50,698 bases of DNA from an uncultured archaeon (lineage in GTDB: Archaea; Thermoplasmatota; Penumbrarchaeia; JASLWR01), in NCBI GenBank assembly GCA_964342815.1, contig CAYFHS010000024.1, positions 1-50,698 of the forward strand. The letters run 5' to 3'. The first letter of the stretch is position 1, and each line of letters starts with the position of its first letter. The translations under genes and the position numbers were made by a program. A model generated the notes under the pieces. It saw only the letters and a program-made list of their open reading frames with translations. It did no database searches and was not told where the DNA came from. Below, one piece after another: positions 48,711 through 50,698 of the stretch.

Positions 48711-50698
48711 GATATCAAGGACGACAACATCTCAATAGGAGTAGGTTGGGATCAGGATAATTCGATGGATTTTCATCATTATAACATCTATATTTCAGAT
48801 CATTTCTTCAGAAATGTGACCGAGGATGGGGTTTACTTAGAGAATGACAATATCACCACGAAGAATACCGTTCAGACCCAAATTTCAACCATGAACGGAC
48901 AACCTTTGAAATTTGGAAAATCTTATTTCGTTGCTGTAACCGCCGTTGACGAGAGCGGAAACGAGAATGAAAGTGTGATCTGTTCCTATTCACAGATGTT
49001 CAAAGACGATTTCGATGAGATCCCGCCCATGTCCATAGAGAATGTTCTGGCCCAAGATACAAATGACGATAGCGGAGGTTCCATAACCGTTAGCTGGGAT
49101 CGATGCGAGGCAACGGATTTTCTACTCTATTCCGTATATGTCTCGGAAGATCCGATAAGGTCCATAAACTCACCTGTTATGGAATTGTCGGGACGTTACT
49201 ATAACAGGGATAATCTGTCGGCAGCAGTTACGAAATATGGAGATCAGGCCTTAATTGATGGTGAGACCTATTATTTTGCAGTGGTGGCCCAGGATTTCAA
49301 TGATCAGATATCAACGTTGGGAGTAACCAGTGTTTTCGGACCTGTGGAACCGGTAAACGACAACGATATGGAGGTTCCCCCGGCGGTTCGGGGCTTTAAG
49401 GTGAAGAAAACAGGTACGAATGAGACCACCCTTGAATGGACTCCTCTCTTAAAGATAAACGTACCGGATTTCCATCAATATATAGTGTTCTATTCCACCA
49501 CGACTCCAGTTGTTAAAACTACGGCGGACAGGGTTGACGGAACGACGAATGAAGAACTTTTTGATATCAAGACCTCTAGTGTCACCATTAAGGGATTGGG
49601 CAAGGAAAAGAATTATTATTTCGTGCTTCTCTGCCAGGACGACGGGATGGCTAAAAAAAATCTTGTTTCTGGTAACATATCAGGCGAAATTAATGTATTT
49701 ATTAATGTACTCGATACCGGTAAAGTGACGCCAATAAGCGGAAACATCGATGATGAATTTACTTTTCAGATTATCTTCTCCCATACCAATCCACCAAACA
49801 AACAAATAATGATAATCATCGATAACGAATCCTTTACCATGAATTATGAGATGGGTGACAACAGCACAGGTGCCACATATAAATACAAAACGGCTCTCAC
49901 GGCTGGGGAACATGTTTATTATTTTACATACGAGTCGGGAGGTGACGCTGGCAAGATAAGATATCCGAAGCAAGGGTATCTCAAGATAACGGTTGAACAG
50001 GGAGACGGTGGGACCGGTGGCGGGGGAGGACCCGGGATTGATGAGGGGGGAATTTCAACAGCTGCTATCATTATCGTCATCGTGGTCCTTTTGCTCGCAG
50101 TAGCCGGAGCGGTTATGATATTGCTTGTGATGAAGAAAAAGAAATCAATCGAAGCTAGCACAGAACCTGAAGAACAAGTATCAAGTACTGTTGAGATATG
50201 GACTTGCACTTGTGGGGATGTTAGTATTCCTATAACCGAATCTGCACACTGCGGATTCTGTGGGGAGTATCACGAACCAATTCTTGGAGAAGACGAGATC
50301 GGAGACGGCAGTTCAACAAAATACCCGGATTATTCAGCTGAAAATCTGTATGGTGATAATCACTCAGTTCAAGTTCCGTATGAATCCTCAAATGGGGACG
50401 ACTCGCCTGATTCTCATGTCATTCTCAAAGAAGAACAAAGCGCTTATGATGGAGAGGATTATAACGAAGCTGGGATAAATGCTCAAACAGTTACCATTCA
50501 GTCGAAGAAGTCGGAATCAGTAGCAGCTCCTGACGCAGAAGAGCCTCCTGTAAACATTCAAGTTCCAGAGTCCAATGGACATGGTACCGACATGGAAGAT
50601 CTTTTCTCCCTTGATAACCAACAACCGACACAACAATCGACAAAACAATCGACAAAACAATCGACAAAACAATCGACAAAACAATCGACAAAACAATC
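48711..50698 (+). CDS. In-frame continuation of the same protein (FN3 repeats, TM, zinc ribbon, acidic tail, TKQS repeats); not in the ORF track, runs off the window
   Basis: Translated by hand: no stop from 48711 to 50698; three FN3-like repeats, TM AAIIIVIVVLLLAVAGAVMILLV-MKKKK, then CTC...CGFC. Confidence 0.85.
50633..50698 (+). repeat. 12-bp tandem repeat ACAATCGACAAA, 5.5 copies visible (encodes QSTK)
   Basis: Copies at 50633, 50645, 50657, 50669 and 50681, partial at 50693. Confidence 0.95.

Noticed and set aside
148-50691. Many short ORFs antisense to or nested in the annotated genes (e.g. 637..1143, 10732..11238, 17210..17611, 24521..25009, 37341..37853)
   Set aside because: They are shadow frames of well-supported genes and have no domain signal.

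Overview
This is an archaeal chromosomal window. Markers are uS15/S13e, eL21, RpoF, topoisomerase VI-B, an archaellin, HerA and archaeal RecJ. The many PKD, FG-GAP and FN3 surface proteins suggest a Thermoplasmatota-like euryarchaeon (inference, not database-confirmed). From left to right: GAF/MsrC and HerA; a tRNA-Pro(TGG) preceded by a 70-71 bp tandem array and bracketed by inverted copies of one hairpin; an AT-rich accessory island (about 2.65-8.65 kb) with a Schlafen/AlbA_2 gene, small membrane or secreted genes and three families of junction repeats; a densely structured ~300 nt non-coding segment next to dodecin; membrane proteins, a winged-helix regulator and an orphan archaellin; hydantoinase/oxoprolinase A and B; AbrB, a DASS transporter and USP; the recJ-rps15 and DUF655-rpoF-rpl21e blocks; a site-2 protease, a PRC-barrel protein and a DUF1614-RDD fusion; a TPR protein; a 1371 aa beta-helix/PKD-TM-RING-longin-like protein; top6B and folB; a radical SAM enzyme, GNAT, pepT and GT4; and a giant FG-GAP/FN3 surface protein interrupted by one in-frame TAG that runs off the window end. 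The most interesting signals are the tRNA-anchored hairpin array with compensatory changes, the structured RNA candidate, the receptor-like RING/longin protein and the in-frame amber codon. Protein family calls come from motif recognition by eye; no searches were run.
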